Origin: Candidatus Kaiserbacteria bacterium
GTDB lineage: Bacteria > Patescibacteriota > Minisyncoccia > Phycocordibacterales > JABMNX01
DNA length: 64,000 bases
Reading direction: 5' to 3'
Assembly: GCA_016186705.1 (NCBI GenBank)
Contig: JACPLB010000002.1
Location: 20,811-84,810 of the forward strand
Shown in pieces: positions 10,264 to 19,120 of the stretch. The notes beneath the pieces were generated by a model. That model saw only the letters and a program-made list of their open reading frames with translations. It was not told where the DNA came from and did not search any database. A program made the translations under genes and the position numbers. Numbering within the stretch: position 1 is the stretch's first letter; each line of letters opens with the position of its first letter.

Positions 10264-11061
10264 CTAGGAGGGCGACTGAACTTTCTGCCGTGTGGTTTTT
10301 GCTTTGAGGTCTTCCATGATGGAATTGTATTGAGTTTCCGCGTCTTCTTCCAGCCGACCTTTTATTTCCTTCATGATCGAGGCGAATTCGTCCCGTGCGC
10401 GCCGCCATGTCTCATTCCAGAGGTCATGCCCGAAGAATTCTTGTATTTTCTCCAGGCGCTCTGGAGTGATTTTAGTCCGACCGTCGAGCAAGGCGCTGAT
10501 ATTGTTAGAAGAAAGACGATATGCAAGGTCTCTCTTTTTCTTCGTTCGCGCCTTGCCTTCGAAAAGAAGGTGGAGCGTGAGAATCGTCCTTTTCTTGATT
10601 ATGTCGAACCCGTTGAACCTTCGCAGGTCTCGGTGAGTAGAAAAAATTCGAGATCCTTTACATATTCTTTTTCGCCTGACAGTGCGTCGTGGCACTTGAG
10701 AGGTGCCCATGGAAGAATTGGGCTTGGAAACCTTCCTTGTGTCCGGCATTGGCACTACCCGCGTCTCGATTTTCCGTGAAGGCACTGCCTTGAAATTTTC
10801 ATGCACGATACGCTCGCCGTTGATGTCTGATTTCCCGAGCAGGAAGTCTGTCGCAACCTCAAGTGTCCAGGCAAAACTAGCGCATTCAACAATCGTCAAA
10901 CCGCCGTGCCCTCGCTTGAGATTGCTGTACCGGTCGCTGAGGACCTCTATGAGGTTTTTCCCACATCTCTTTGCCGCTTCTTCGAGACGAGGCCATACAT
11001 CCCTTGCGGAGACGGCCCACATCCCTTCCCTCATTTCCTTCTCCAAGGATTTATGGGCCAT
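10264..11061 (-). CDS. Hypothetical basic protein with possible XRE-like HTH segment(s)
   Basis: AAGGAG before ATG 11061; KRDLAYRLSSNNISALLDGRTKITPERLEKIQEFFG resembles an XRE HTH. Confidence 0.55.
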   Translation of the reverse strand: MAHKSLEKEMREGMWAVSARDVWPRLEEAAKRCGKNLIEVLSDRYSNLKRGHGGLTIVECASFAWTLEVATDFLLGKSDINGERIVHENFKAVPSRKIETRVVPMPDTRKVSKPNSSMGTSQVPRRTVRRKRICKGSRIFSTHRDLRRFNGFDIIKKRTILTLHLLFEGKARTKKKRDLAYRLSSNNISALLDGRTKITPERLEKIQEFFGHDLWNETWRRARDEFASIMKEIKGRLEEDAETQYNSIMEDLKAKTTRQKVQSPS

Positions 11062-11196
11062 CGGACTACTCCTTGTCTCCCAAAATGTTGAAGAACATTC
11101 CCGCCATGCGGGAAGAACTTGAAAGACTATAGTACGAACCGCTCCGTGCCGCAAGACTTGAAAAAATGCCGGATATAGCGAAGGATAGAGGTACCT

Positions 11197-12420
11197 ATGC
11201 GTATTCTTGCAATTGAAACGAGTTGTGACGAAACGGCAGTGAGCTTGATTGAAGCAAAAGGACCTTTCGGCGCTATGTCTTTTACTATTCTCGGGAACTC
11301 TCTCCTCTCCCAGATTGAGCTTCATAAAGAATTCGGAGGCGTGTATCCCTCACTCGCAAAACGTGAGCACTCAAAAAATCTCGTTCCGCTTCTCCAAAAC
11401 ACTCTTTTTGAAGCGAGGATGTTTGAACAGACGCTCTCCCCGCTCTCCAAGAACGAGATCGGCACATTAAAGGAGCTTCTCTCGCGCGAGCCGGAGCTTT
11501 TTGTGCTTTTGATAGCGTTTCTCTCAAACGTGAAGAAGCCTGATGTAGATGTAATCGCGGTAACGCATGGACCGGGGCTTGAGCCGACGCTCTGGGTTGG
11601 CATTAATTTCGCAAAAGCTCTCTCGTCCGTCTGGAATATTCCTCTTATGCCGATTAACCACATGGAAGGGCACATTGTTTCAGCCGCTCTGAAACAGCTT
11701 TTAGAAAACAGCCCGAAACCCGCAGAAAAAATAAAGGGGGTCAAAACAATACAGCACTACGCGCTTGAAGATATTGATTTTCCCGCGCTTGCGCTTCTCA
11801 TCTCCGGCGGCCACACCCAGCTTGTCCTTGTACGAAAATGGGGAGCATACGAGATTGTGGGCGAGACGCGGGACGACGCCGTTGGTGAAGCGTTTGACAA
11901 GGTTGCCCGCATGCTTGAACTTCCCTATCCCGGAGGCCCTGAAATTTCAAAGCTTGCGGAATCGGCGCGGGAGGAAAATCTTGAACATCCGTACTCACTT
12001 CCTCGTCCGATGATAGACATAAATGATTTCAATTTTTCATTCTCCGGACTTAAAACAGCGGCTCTCTACCTCATACGCAAAAAAGGGACGCTTAACGAGA
12101 CGGATAAAAAGCAGATTGCGCGGGAATTTGAGAACGCAGTCGCCGATGTGCTCCTTGTGAAAACAAAACGCGCGATTGACACGTACGGCATACGAACGCT
12201 TCTCGTCGGCGGAGGAGTCTCTGCAAACAAACATGTCCGCTACACGCTTGAAACGCACCTCAAGAGGACGCACCTGGACATTGAGACATACATCCCGAGG
12301 AAGGAGTTGACGGGCGACAACGCTATCATGATAGCGGTCGCGGCATATCTCCGGAGGATGCTGAAAAAGGGAACGCCAAGCATAAAGACCATTGTCGCGC
12401 AAGGCAACGCGAGGATATAA
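11197..12420 (+). CDS. tsaD: tRNA N6-adenosine threonylcarbamoyltransferase TsaD
   Basis: IETSCDET, GPGL, HMEGH, SGGHT, DDAVGEAFDK, FSFSGLKT, DNAIMIA. Confidence 0.97.
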   Translation: MRILAIETSCDETAVSLIEAKGPFGAMSFTILGNSLLSQIELHKEFGGVYPSLAKREHSKNLVPLLQNTLFEARMFEQTLSPLSKNEIGTLKELLSREPELFVLLIAFLSNVKKPDVDVIAVTHGPGLEPTLWVGINFAKALSSVWNIPLMPINHMEGHIVSAALKQLLENSPKPAEKIKGVKTIQHYALEDIDFPALALLISGGHTQLVLVRKWGAYEIVGETRDDAVGEAFDKVARMLELPYPGGPEISKLAESAREENLEHPYSLPRPMIDINDFNFSFSGLKTAALYLIRKKGTLNETDKKQIAREFENAVADVLLVKTKRAIDTYGIRTLLVGGGVSANKHVRYTLETHLKRTHLDIETYIPRKELTGDNAIMIAVAAYLRRMLKKGTPSIKTIVAQGNARI

Positions 12421-12465
12421 AAAGGAAATCGCGCGGAAGTGTCCGCGCGTGCGCCATTTATAAGA

Positions 12466-12753
12466 TTAGGGTTTTATGAGCGCAAAAAGTTTTGCGTGCA
12501 TTCGGATGTGTTTCACATCCCCTTGTCCGCGTAACAGTCCCGCATACTCTCCTGATTGTATATTTTTTGCCGGGGTCCTGCATTCAATCTTAGCCCGATG
12601 GTGAAGGGCGAGATATCCGTCGGGATGCCTCTTGAGGTCTTTTTTGTTGAACTCCACCTCAAGACCCCTCGCAAAGACGGAGAGATGGTGTTCAAAGACA
12701 TCGAGGAGCGGGACTAGAATGTAGCTTCTGTACCTGTTTTTCTTTCCAATCAT
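12466..12753 (-). CDS. Hypothetical protein
   Basis: 95 aa ORF filling the tsaD-valS gap, GGGAGAG upstream, hairpin downstream. Confidence 0.5.
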   Translation of the reverse strand: MIGKKNRYRSYILVPLLDVFEHHLSVFARGLEVEFNKKDLKRHPDGYLALHHRAKIECRTPAKNIQSGEYAGLLRGQGDVKHIRMHAKLFALIKP

Positions 12754-12858
12754 CGCACTCTCCCGTCGAATCCTATATGAACTTCCGATACGATATCAGG
12801 TGTATGAAAACACCGCAAGCACTTTAATGTGCGTTCACATCCTGTTATTATAGGGCGT

Positions 12859-15108
12859 ATGGACCCTATATTCCTCAAGCCGTACGACCCGAAAGCGCAC
12901 GAGGATACTATCTACAAACGCTGGGAAGAGAGCGGTTTTTTCAACCCCGATAACCTGCCTCCCCTCAAAAAGAGAAAGAAGAGAGAGCCTTACTCTATCG
13001 TACTCCCCCCTCCGAATGTGACCGGAACGCTTCACATGGGGCACGCCGCGATGCTCGCGATACAGGACATTCTCATTCGCTTCAACCGCATGCGCGGAAA
13101 AAAGACCTTGTGGCTTCCGGGAGTGGACCACGCGGCAATCGCGACGCAATCAAAAGTCGAGAGCGATATTTACAAGAAAGAGAAAAAGACGAGGCATGAC
13201 CTCGGACGTGAAGTATTTCTAAAACGAGTGGAGGAGTTCGCGAAAGAAAGCCACGACACTATCGTCAATCAGATAAAGAAAATGGGTTCCTCCGTTGACT
13301 GGAGCCGCGAGGCATTCACGCTCGACGAAGTAAGGACGAAAGCGGTCTACACTGCATTCAAACAGATGTACGAGGATGGGCTTATCTATCGGAGCGCGCG
13401 CGTTTGCAACTGGGATCCTAAGGGACAGACGACGGTCTCGGACGACGAGACGGAACGAGAAGAGCGAGAGGCGATGCTCTATACATTCAGATACGACAAG
13501 GATTTTCCCATTGCCATTTCAACGACGCGCCCCGAAACAAAACTCGGAGATACGGGGGTCGCGGTACACCCGAGCGACACGCGGTACGCGAAATATGTCG
13601 GCAAGACATTTGATGCCTCATTTATGGGAGAGAAGCTCTCCATTAAGGTTGTCGCGGACAAAGAAGTAGATATGGAGTTCGGCACCGGAGCGGTCGGCGT
13701 AACGCCCGCGCACAGCTTTACCGACTGGGATATCGCCACGCGACACGACCTGCCCTTAAAACAGGTAATCAACGAGTACGCGCAGATGACTGCGGGGAAT
13801 GACAGCGTTAAAGGCAAAAAGGTGAAGGTCGCGCGGAACATTATCGTTGAGGAGCTTCGAAAGGCGGGGCTCATAGAGAAAGAAGAAAAAGTCATGCAAA
13901 GTGTCTTGATTGCTGAACGTACCGGAGGAGTCATTGAACCTCTACCGAAGCTTCAATGGTGGATTGATACCGAGAAGGAATTCAAGCTCAAACACTCGCG
14001 TATTAACGGGATTAAAAGCGGGAGCACTGTGACCTTAAAGCGGCTTATGAAGCACGTTGTTGAAAAAGGGCATATCAGCATTCTCCCCGAGCGCTTCACG
14101 AAAATTTACTACCATTGGATTGATAATCTGCGCCCGTGGTGCATTTCCCGCCAGATTTGGTATGGGCACCGCATCCCCATCTGGTATCATGAGCCGAGAT
14201 GTGTGCCGATACCCGGAAGGGAAGAAGAGGTATCGGAATGCGAAATGACGGTGCTATCGGAGACACAACCGAAGTGCGCACATTGTAATGCAATATATAT
14301 TCAGGACACTGACACGCTTGATACGTGGTTCTCGTCGGGACTGTGGACATTTTCAACCCTTGGCTGGCCGGAGAAAACCAACGACCTCAAGACGTACCAC
14401 CCGACCGACGTTCTTGAGACCGGTTATGACATTCTCTTTTTCTGGGTTGCACGCATGATTTTAATGAGCGGGTACCTCCTCGGCGATATTCCCTTCAGGA
14501 CGGTATATCTCCACGGACTCGTGCGAGACGAGAAGGGGCGAAAGATGTCAAAGTCTCTCGGCAACATTATTGACCCGTTGGACATGATTGAAAAATACGG
14601 AGGTGACGCGACGCGGCTTTCGCTTATCATCGGAGCGGCGGCCGGGAACGACTTACGACTTTCAGAAGAGAAGATTCGCGGCTACAAGCACTTCGTAAAT
14701 AAACTCTGGAATATCGCGCGATTCATTCTGGAAAACTATAACGAGGACGCACTAGATGCAAGATTTAACGATACGGATCAAAAGTTTATGGACAAGGAAG
14801 TACAGACAGCCGTTGAAAGGGTAACTAAGAACATTGAATCGTTTCGTCTCGATTTAGCTGCAGATGAAGTTTATCATTTCGTTTGGGACAAGTTTGCGGC
14901 TGTAGAAATTGAATTTACGAAAAGCGCTTTGAAAAACCCTGGGACTAAGGACTGGGCAAGAAAGTCCGCTCAACGGAAATTATATGATACGTTAGTAGTC
15001 TCTCTGAAACTTCTTCACCCGTTCATGCCGTTTGTCACCGAAACAATTTGGTCATACCTGCCACAGAAAGAAAAGACGCTCCTTATGGTAGAAGAATGGC
15101 CCGCATAA
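12859..15108 (+). CDS. valS: Valyl-tRNA synthetase (no C-terminal coiled-coil arm)
   Basis: PPPNVTGTLHMGH, WCISRQIWYGH, DTWFSS, KMSKS. Confidence 0.97.
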   Translation: MDPIFLKPYDPKAHEDTIYKRWEESGFFNPDNLPPLKKRKKREPYSIVLPPPNVTGTLHMGHAAMLAIQDILIRFNRMRGKKTLWLPGVDHAAIATQSKVESDIYKKEKKTRHDLGREVFLKRVEEFAKESHDTIVNQIKKMGSSVDWSREAFTLDEVRTKAVYTAFKQMYEDGLIYRSARVCNWDPKGQTTVSDDETEREEREAMLYTFRYDKDFPIAISTTRPETKLGDTGVAVHPSDTRYAKYVGKTFDASFMGEKLSIKVVADKEVDMEFGTGAVGVTPAHSFTDWDIATRHDLPLKQVINEYAQMTAGNDSVKGKKVKVARNIIVEELRKAGLIEKEEKVMQSVLIAERTGGVIEPLPKLQWWIDTEKEFKLKHSRINGIKSGSTVTLKRLMKHVVEKGHISILPERFTKIYYHWIDNLRPWCISRQIWYGHRIPIWYHEPRCVPIPGREEEVSECEMTVLSETQPKCAHCNAIYIQDTDTLDTWFSSGLWTFSTLGWPEKTNDLKTYHPTDVLETGYDILFFWVARMILMSGYLLGDIPFRTVYLHGLVRDEKGRKMSKSLGNIIDPLDMIEKYGGDATRLSLIIGAAAGNDLRLSEEKIRGYKHFVNKLWNIARFILENYNEDALDARFNDTDQKFMDKEVQTAVERVTKNIESFRLDLAADEVYHFVWDKFAAVEIEFTKSALKNPGTKDWARKSAQRKLYDTLVVSLKLLHPFMPFVTETIWSYLPQKEKTLLMVEEWPA

Positions 15109-15117
15109 TAGTACGTA

Positions 15118-15825
15118 ATGATAAACGGAGAAACAATACTTTTCGCCGCCCTAGGAGGAATGCTCCCCGCGCTTCTATGGCTGTGGTTTTGGCTCTTTGA
15201 GGACAAAAAGCATCCCGAGCCGAAACGCCTCATTTTCCTCGCGTTCTTCATGGGGATGCTCACGATTCCCTTCGTTGTGCCGCTTCAGAAATACGCGCAA
15301 ACATTCCTCTTTGGCACTGCACTTATTGTCACGTGGGCGGCGATAGAAGAGCTTTTTAAGTATTTTTTCGCATATTTTTCGGTACTGCGGCGAAGAGAGG
15401 TGGATGAGCCCATAGACGCGGTTATTTACATGATAAGCGTCGCGCTCGGTTTTGCGGCGCTTGAGAACGCTCTCTTTTTGCTCGACCCTATCACAAACGG
15501 CGGTTTTGTTGAGGGTATTCTGACGGGCAACTTCCGATTCTTCGGGGCAACGCTTCTTCATACTCTCTCGTCCGCGACAGTCGGCGTCTTTATCGCGCTT
15601 GGGTTTTGCAAAAGCAGAGCCACAAAACGGCTTCTGACCGCCATCGGAATTATCCTCGCTATTTCATTGCATACATTGTTTAACTTTTTTATAATTAGAA
15701 GTAACGGAACGGACATATTGGTTGTGTTTGGGTTCGTGTGGGTGGGTATTATCGCACTTCTCCTCATGCTGGAGAGAATCAAAAACTTTAAAAACGTCTG
15801 TCTTGAATTCTTTAAGAGAAAATAA
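15118..15825 (+). CDS. PrsW family intramembrane metalloprotease
   Basis: IEELFK, ALGFAALEN, H-x motifs in TM helices. Confidence 0.88.
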   Translation: MINGETILFAALGGMLPALLWLWFWLFEDKKHPEPKRLIFLAFFMGMLTIPFVVPLQKYAQTFLFGTALIVTWAAIEELFKYFFAYFSVLRRREVDEPIDAVIYMISVALGFAALENALFLLDPITNGGFVEGILTGNFRFFGATLLHTLSSATVGVFIALGFCKSRATKRLLTAIGIILAISLHTLFNFFIIRSNGTDILVVFGFVWVGIIALLLMLERIKNFKNVCLEFFKRK

Positions 15826-15827
15826 TC

Positions 15828-16328
15828 ATGGCAAAAGATAAACGCTCCTTTTTTGAACGCCTTACCGGCACCGCGTCCCTTGACGACTACAACGACTCGT
15901 TTGACGAGGAGATTATTCCGGCTCCGAAGAAAGACATCCGTGTTGAAATGGGCGCCGAAAAAAATGGTTTGCAAAACGGCTTTGCCGAAGAAGAAGAGGA
16001 AGGGCAATTGAGCGTTGACGTGTACCAAACGCCGGAACACATTGTGCTCAAAGCGGTTGTTGCGGGAGTCCGGCCGGACCATCTTGACGTTTCAATTACG
16101 AGAGACATGGTAACTATCAAGGGAAAACGCGAAGAGCAGAAAGAGGTTACGGAGGAGAATTATTTTTATAAAGAACTCTACTGGGGTTCGTTCTCACGCA
16201 CTATTCTTTTGCCGCAGGAAGTTGAAGTTGACGGAGCGGAAGCGACCGAGAAGCACGGCGTTTTGATAATCAAGCTTCCTAAGATTGACAAAGACCGCGA
16301 GACGAAACTTAAGGTTAAATCAAACTAG
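15828..16328 (+). CDS. Hsp20/alpha-crystallin small heat shock protein
   Basis: VDVYQT, GSFSRTILLP, HGVLIIKLPK. Confidence 0.93.
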   Translation: MAKDKRSFFERLTGTASLDDYNDSFDEEIIPAPKKDIRVEMGAEKNGLQNGFAEEEEEGQLSVDVYQTPEHIVLKAVVAGVRPDHLDVSITRDMVTIKGKREEQKEVTEENYFYKELYWGSFSRTILLPQEVEVDGAEATEKHGVLIIKLPKIDKDRETKLKVKSN

Positions 16329-16340
16329 TTTTTCTGTTTG

Positions 16341-16380
16341 CAAAAAAGCCCGCCATTCTCACGGCGGGCTTTTTTGTTTT
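16341..16380 (+). terminator. Bidirectional intrinsic terminator
   Basis: caaaaaagcccgcc...ggcgggcttttttg between convergent genes. Confidence 0.85.
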
Positions 16381-16484
16381 GGCGTCAGCTCACTAATTCG
16401 CCCTACAACTTAATTAATTTTTGTCCTGATTACTAAGTGTTACGCGCTATAGGCTATAGAATGGAATATTTCTTTAATTTTATA

Positions 16485-16880
16485 TCAGGAATTTTCTTTA
16501 TTGCTAAGCATAAGTTCAAACACATATACCTTTCCTTGTTGTGAATTATTGATCTCTTTTGGAATATATTTATTAACAAAATTTTTATAGTCGACATCGA
16601 ACTTAACCCACAAAGGTTGTGCATTTAAATGGGCACCGCCTCGTTCTGCAAATTTAACCTTTATAGCACCTTCTTCTTTTAAAGAAAGGAATTTCATCCC
16701 AACGGCGTTACGGTTTTTATCAAAAAGTAACTTAACTGCCGCTGTGTTTTCAGCGGTTAGGTTGTATTTTCGAGTAAAACCAGCACTTAATCCTAAGCCG
16801 CCAGTTTCTACAAGACTTACCAATGGGGTAAATCTTCCCCCAGTAACCTCTAGCTCCTCAAAATTATAATCTGTTTCCAT
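16485..16880 (-). CDS. Hypothetical protein, AT-rich islet
   Basis: 131 aa ORF with AT-rich codons; no recognised motif. Confidence 0.65.
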   Translation of the reverse strand: METDYNFEELEVTGGRFTPLVSLVETGGLGLSAGFTRKYNLTAENTAAVKLLFDKNRNAVGMKFLSLKEEGAIKVKFAERGGAHLNAQPLWVKFDVDYKNFVNKYIPKEINNSQQGKVYVFELMLSNKENS

Positions 16881-17196
16881 CCCTGTATCCTAACAAAGTA
16901 GACTTTGATTGTCAATAGGTATGTAAAAGGTGTGAGAAGTTGAGTAATAGTTTGACAAAATTTGTTTCTAGTGTTCTTTATGTGATATTCCGAGTTTTGC
17001 ACTTGCCACTTTCTCTCCAGTATGCATATAATACATACAGCAAAAGGGTCACGTGACCACGCGACCCCAATGCTCTTAGAAGCGGTGATGGAACTGAGAT
17101 CGGTGGTCACCGACGTTGAACGGTTCCAAAACCCCCTCGTTTGTTCAGTGTACAGTGACCTACGAGGGTAATCAACCCCGAAAGGGGAAAAGTAAA

Positions 17197-17373
17197 ATGA
17201 CAACCTTTGAAATTTATAAGGATGTCGCTGGATACTTTAGGTGGAGGTTGGTTGCGGCAAATGGAGAAAAAGTTGCAGCTAGTGAGGCTTACGTCTCAAA
17301 ACAAGGCGCAACAACCTCTGCAGAAAGAGTAAAGTATTGGGCGAGTGTAGCTCATATTGTTGCTCTCGTCTAA
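17197..17373 (+). CDS. DUF1508 / YegP family protein (single domain, 58 aa)
   Basis: FEIYKDVAGYFRWRLVAANGEKVAASEAY is the family pattern. Confidence 0.9.
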   Translation: MTTFEIYKDVAGYFRWRLVAANGEKVAASEAYVSKQGATTSAERVKYWASVAHIVALV

Positions 17374-17378
17374 ACACC

Positions 17379-17415
17379 AGACACAAAAAGACGCTGCGAG
17401 CGTCTTTTTGTGTCT
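17379..17415 (+). terminator. Bidirectional terminator hairpin
   Basis: agacacaaaaagacgct-gcg-agcgtctttttgtgtct perfect 17-bp stem. Confidence 0.8.
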
Positions 17416-17509
17416 AAGAAATCATCCGATGGATAACTCTTGTAATTTAGTTAAGTTGTTTGAGAGTCAAAGTAAAGATAGTCACTCAAAATATCTTGAT
17501 TTTAATTTA

Positions 17510-17586
17510 TGGTGCTTGGGGGCGGACTCGAACCGCCGACCCTCTGCTCTTCAGGCAGATGCTCTAACCAACTGAGCTACCCAAGC
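17510..17586 (-). tRNA. tRNA-Phe(GAA)
   Basis: Anticodon arm TCTGC-CTGAAGA-GCAGA; encoded CCA. Confidence 0.96.
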
Positions 17587-17589
17587 ATA

Positions 17590-17901
17590 TTACTGTCGTT
17601 TGAACAGATTGAGAATCTCTTGGATGCCGCTCTCCCCAAGCTGATTCTGGAGCTGTCCTTGTATATTTTCAACTTTTCCTCCGACTTCCTGTACCGTCTG
17701 CGCTGCTCCCACAACCTGGTCAAGAATTGGCGCAAGAAAATGAATGTAGAGATACACCGGTACGCCGATAATGACAGCAAGCCACACGAGCTTCATAATG
17801 CCGCCTAAAATTGCTCCACGGCGCATTTTTCTCAATAAGCGGTTATTCTCCTCGGTCAGTTCGAGATTCTTGCGTAACAGCTTCTCCGTGTCTTGTTCCA
17901 T
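17590..17901 (-). CDS. Hypothetical single-pass membrane protein with coiled-coil segments
   Basis: LLRKNLELTEENNRLLRKMRR followed by a TM helix. Confidence 0.75.
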   Translation of the reverse strand: MEQDTEKLLRKNLELTEENNRLLRKMRRGAILGGIMKLVWLAVIIGVPVYLYIHFLAPILDQVVGAAQTVQEVGGKVENIQGQLQNQLGESGIQEILNLFKRQ

Positions 17902-17950
17902 ACCTTAGAGAGTATAGCAAACATACTTAAGAAATGAAGCGGCATACCAG

Positions 17951-18023
17951 TGCCCTCGGCAGGAATCGGACCTGCAATTGTCCCTTAGGACGGGACGGTT
18001 ATAATCCATTTAACTACGAGGGC
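17951..18023 (-). tRNA. tRNA-Arg(CCT)
   Basis: Anticodon arm GTCCC-GTCCTAA-GGGAC; T-loop reads TCCGA. Confidence 0.85.
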
Positions 18024-18094
18024 GGTGCATGTAATGTAGCATAGACGGAAAAAACCCGCACACAGCGGGCTCTTGTTTTCTAACGAGGGAGGCG

Positions 18095-18331
18095 CTAGAC
18101 ACCAAGGGCTTCCGAGAGTTTCTCTTTGTCAAACCCGACAAACATTCTCTCTCCGATAAAAATAACCGGTACTCCCATTTGTCCGCTTTTCTCAATCATT
18201 TCCTGCCGCTTATCCATGTCGGTCGCGACGTTGTAATCGGTATATTCAATTTTGTGCTCTTTTAAAAACTCTTTCGTCATCTGGCAGAAGTGACACGTCG
18301 GCGTACTATAAATTACAATGTTCTTCTCCAT
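18095..18331 (-). CDS. Glutaredoxin-like NrdH/YruB redoxin
   Basis: YSTPTCHFC, SGQMGVPVI, GFD. Confidence 0.92.
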   Translation of the reverse strand: MEKNIVIYSTPTCHFCQMTKEFLKEHKIEYTDYNVATDMDKRQEMIEKSGQMGVPVIFIGERMFVGFDKEKLSEALGV

Positions 18332-18398
18332 AGTTTTTTCTTATATCTGTTAACGAACGGTTATTATAACATTTTCTTTTACACACAATCAATTTTTG

Positions 18399-18469
18399 TG
18401 CGAGTGGCGGGAATCGAACCCGCGCCAGATGCTTGGGAAGCACCTATTCTGCCACTAAACTACACTCGC
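18399..18469 (-). tRNA. tRNA-Gly(CCC)
   Basis: Anticodon arm GGTGC-TTCCCAA-GCATC; GGTTCGATTCC. Confidence 0.94.
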
Positions 18470-18472
18470 GTG

Positions 18473-18856
18473 TTAATTTCTAAAAAAGAAGCCGAAAAGT
18501 TTTTTAAAAAAGCCCGAGTTTCGAGAATTCTCCTCTGTCTCCGTCGCCTTGGGAGTATCAACAATGACAATGACCCTCTCTCCCTCCTTTGCGACCTCAA
18601 ATTTCTGCCGTATCTCCTCCTCAACTCCGCGCTCCGTATTCAATCGGTCAATTTCTTCCTGAAGCGCCTCTTCCCGTACGGTCAGCCCTTCAAGGTGAGA
18701 GAGCCGCTGGTTTTTATTAATCCGGGTTTCTTTTTCTTGCTGATACACTTCAAATACTCCCGGAACAAGCAGGACAGAGAGCGCGATGAGCACAATGAGC
18801 GAAGGCCATGAGTAGAGCAGTTGCCGTATTTTTCGGCGTTCGTAGAAATCAAACAT
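18473..18856 (-). CDS. Septum formation initiator (FtsB/DivIC family)
   Basis: TM helix + coiled coil + VEEEIRQKFEVAKEGE motif. Confidence 0.8.
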   Translation of the reverse strand: MFDFYERRKIRQLLYSWPSLIVLIALSVLLVPGVFEVYQQEKETRINKNQRLSHLEGLTVREEALQEEIDRLNTERGVEEEIRQKFEVAKEGERVIVIVDTPKATETEENSRNSGFFKKLFGFFFRN

Positions 18857-18977
18857 AATACGAGTTAAAAGTGGAAAGTTTAAAGCGGAAAGGAGATGTG
18901 TGAAAAGATTGAAAGAAAAGCATATTTAGGTTATTATATTTTAACATCTGAAAGTGAGAAGCTAAAAGCTCTACGGT

Positions 18978-19100
18978 ATGCTTTTTCATAAGCGCACAAA
19001 AAAGGTGGTCAAATACGTTTGGATCGTGCTCGGGGTGCTCATTATCCTTAGCATGATACTGTTTTTCTCTCCGGGACTTATCCCCGGCGTCGGATATTAA
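18978..19100 (+). CDS. Small single-TM membrane protein (40 aa), absent from ORF track
   Basis: Own translation: MLFHKRTKKVVKYVWIVLGVLIILSMILFFSPGLIPGVGY*. Confidence 0.65.
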   Translation: MLFHKRTKKVVKYVWIVLGVLIILSMILFFSPGLIPGVGY

Positions 19101-19120
19101 CCCAATATCCTTTCGATACT

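Noticed and set aside
12859-15108. valS as a truncated pseudogene
   Set aside because: All catalytic motifs are intact and the stop is clean; it lacks only the C-terminal coiled coil, a known natural variant
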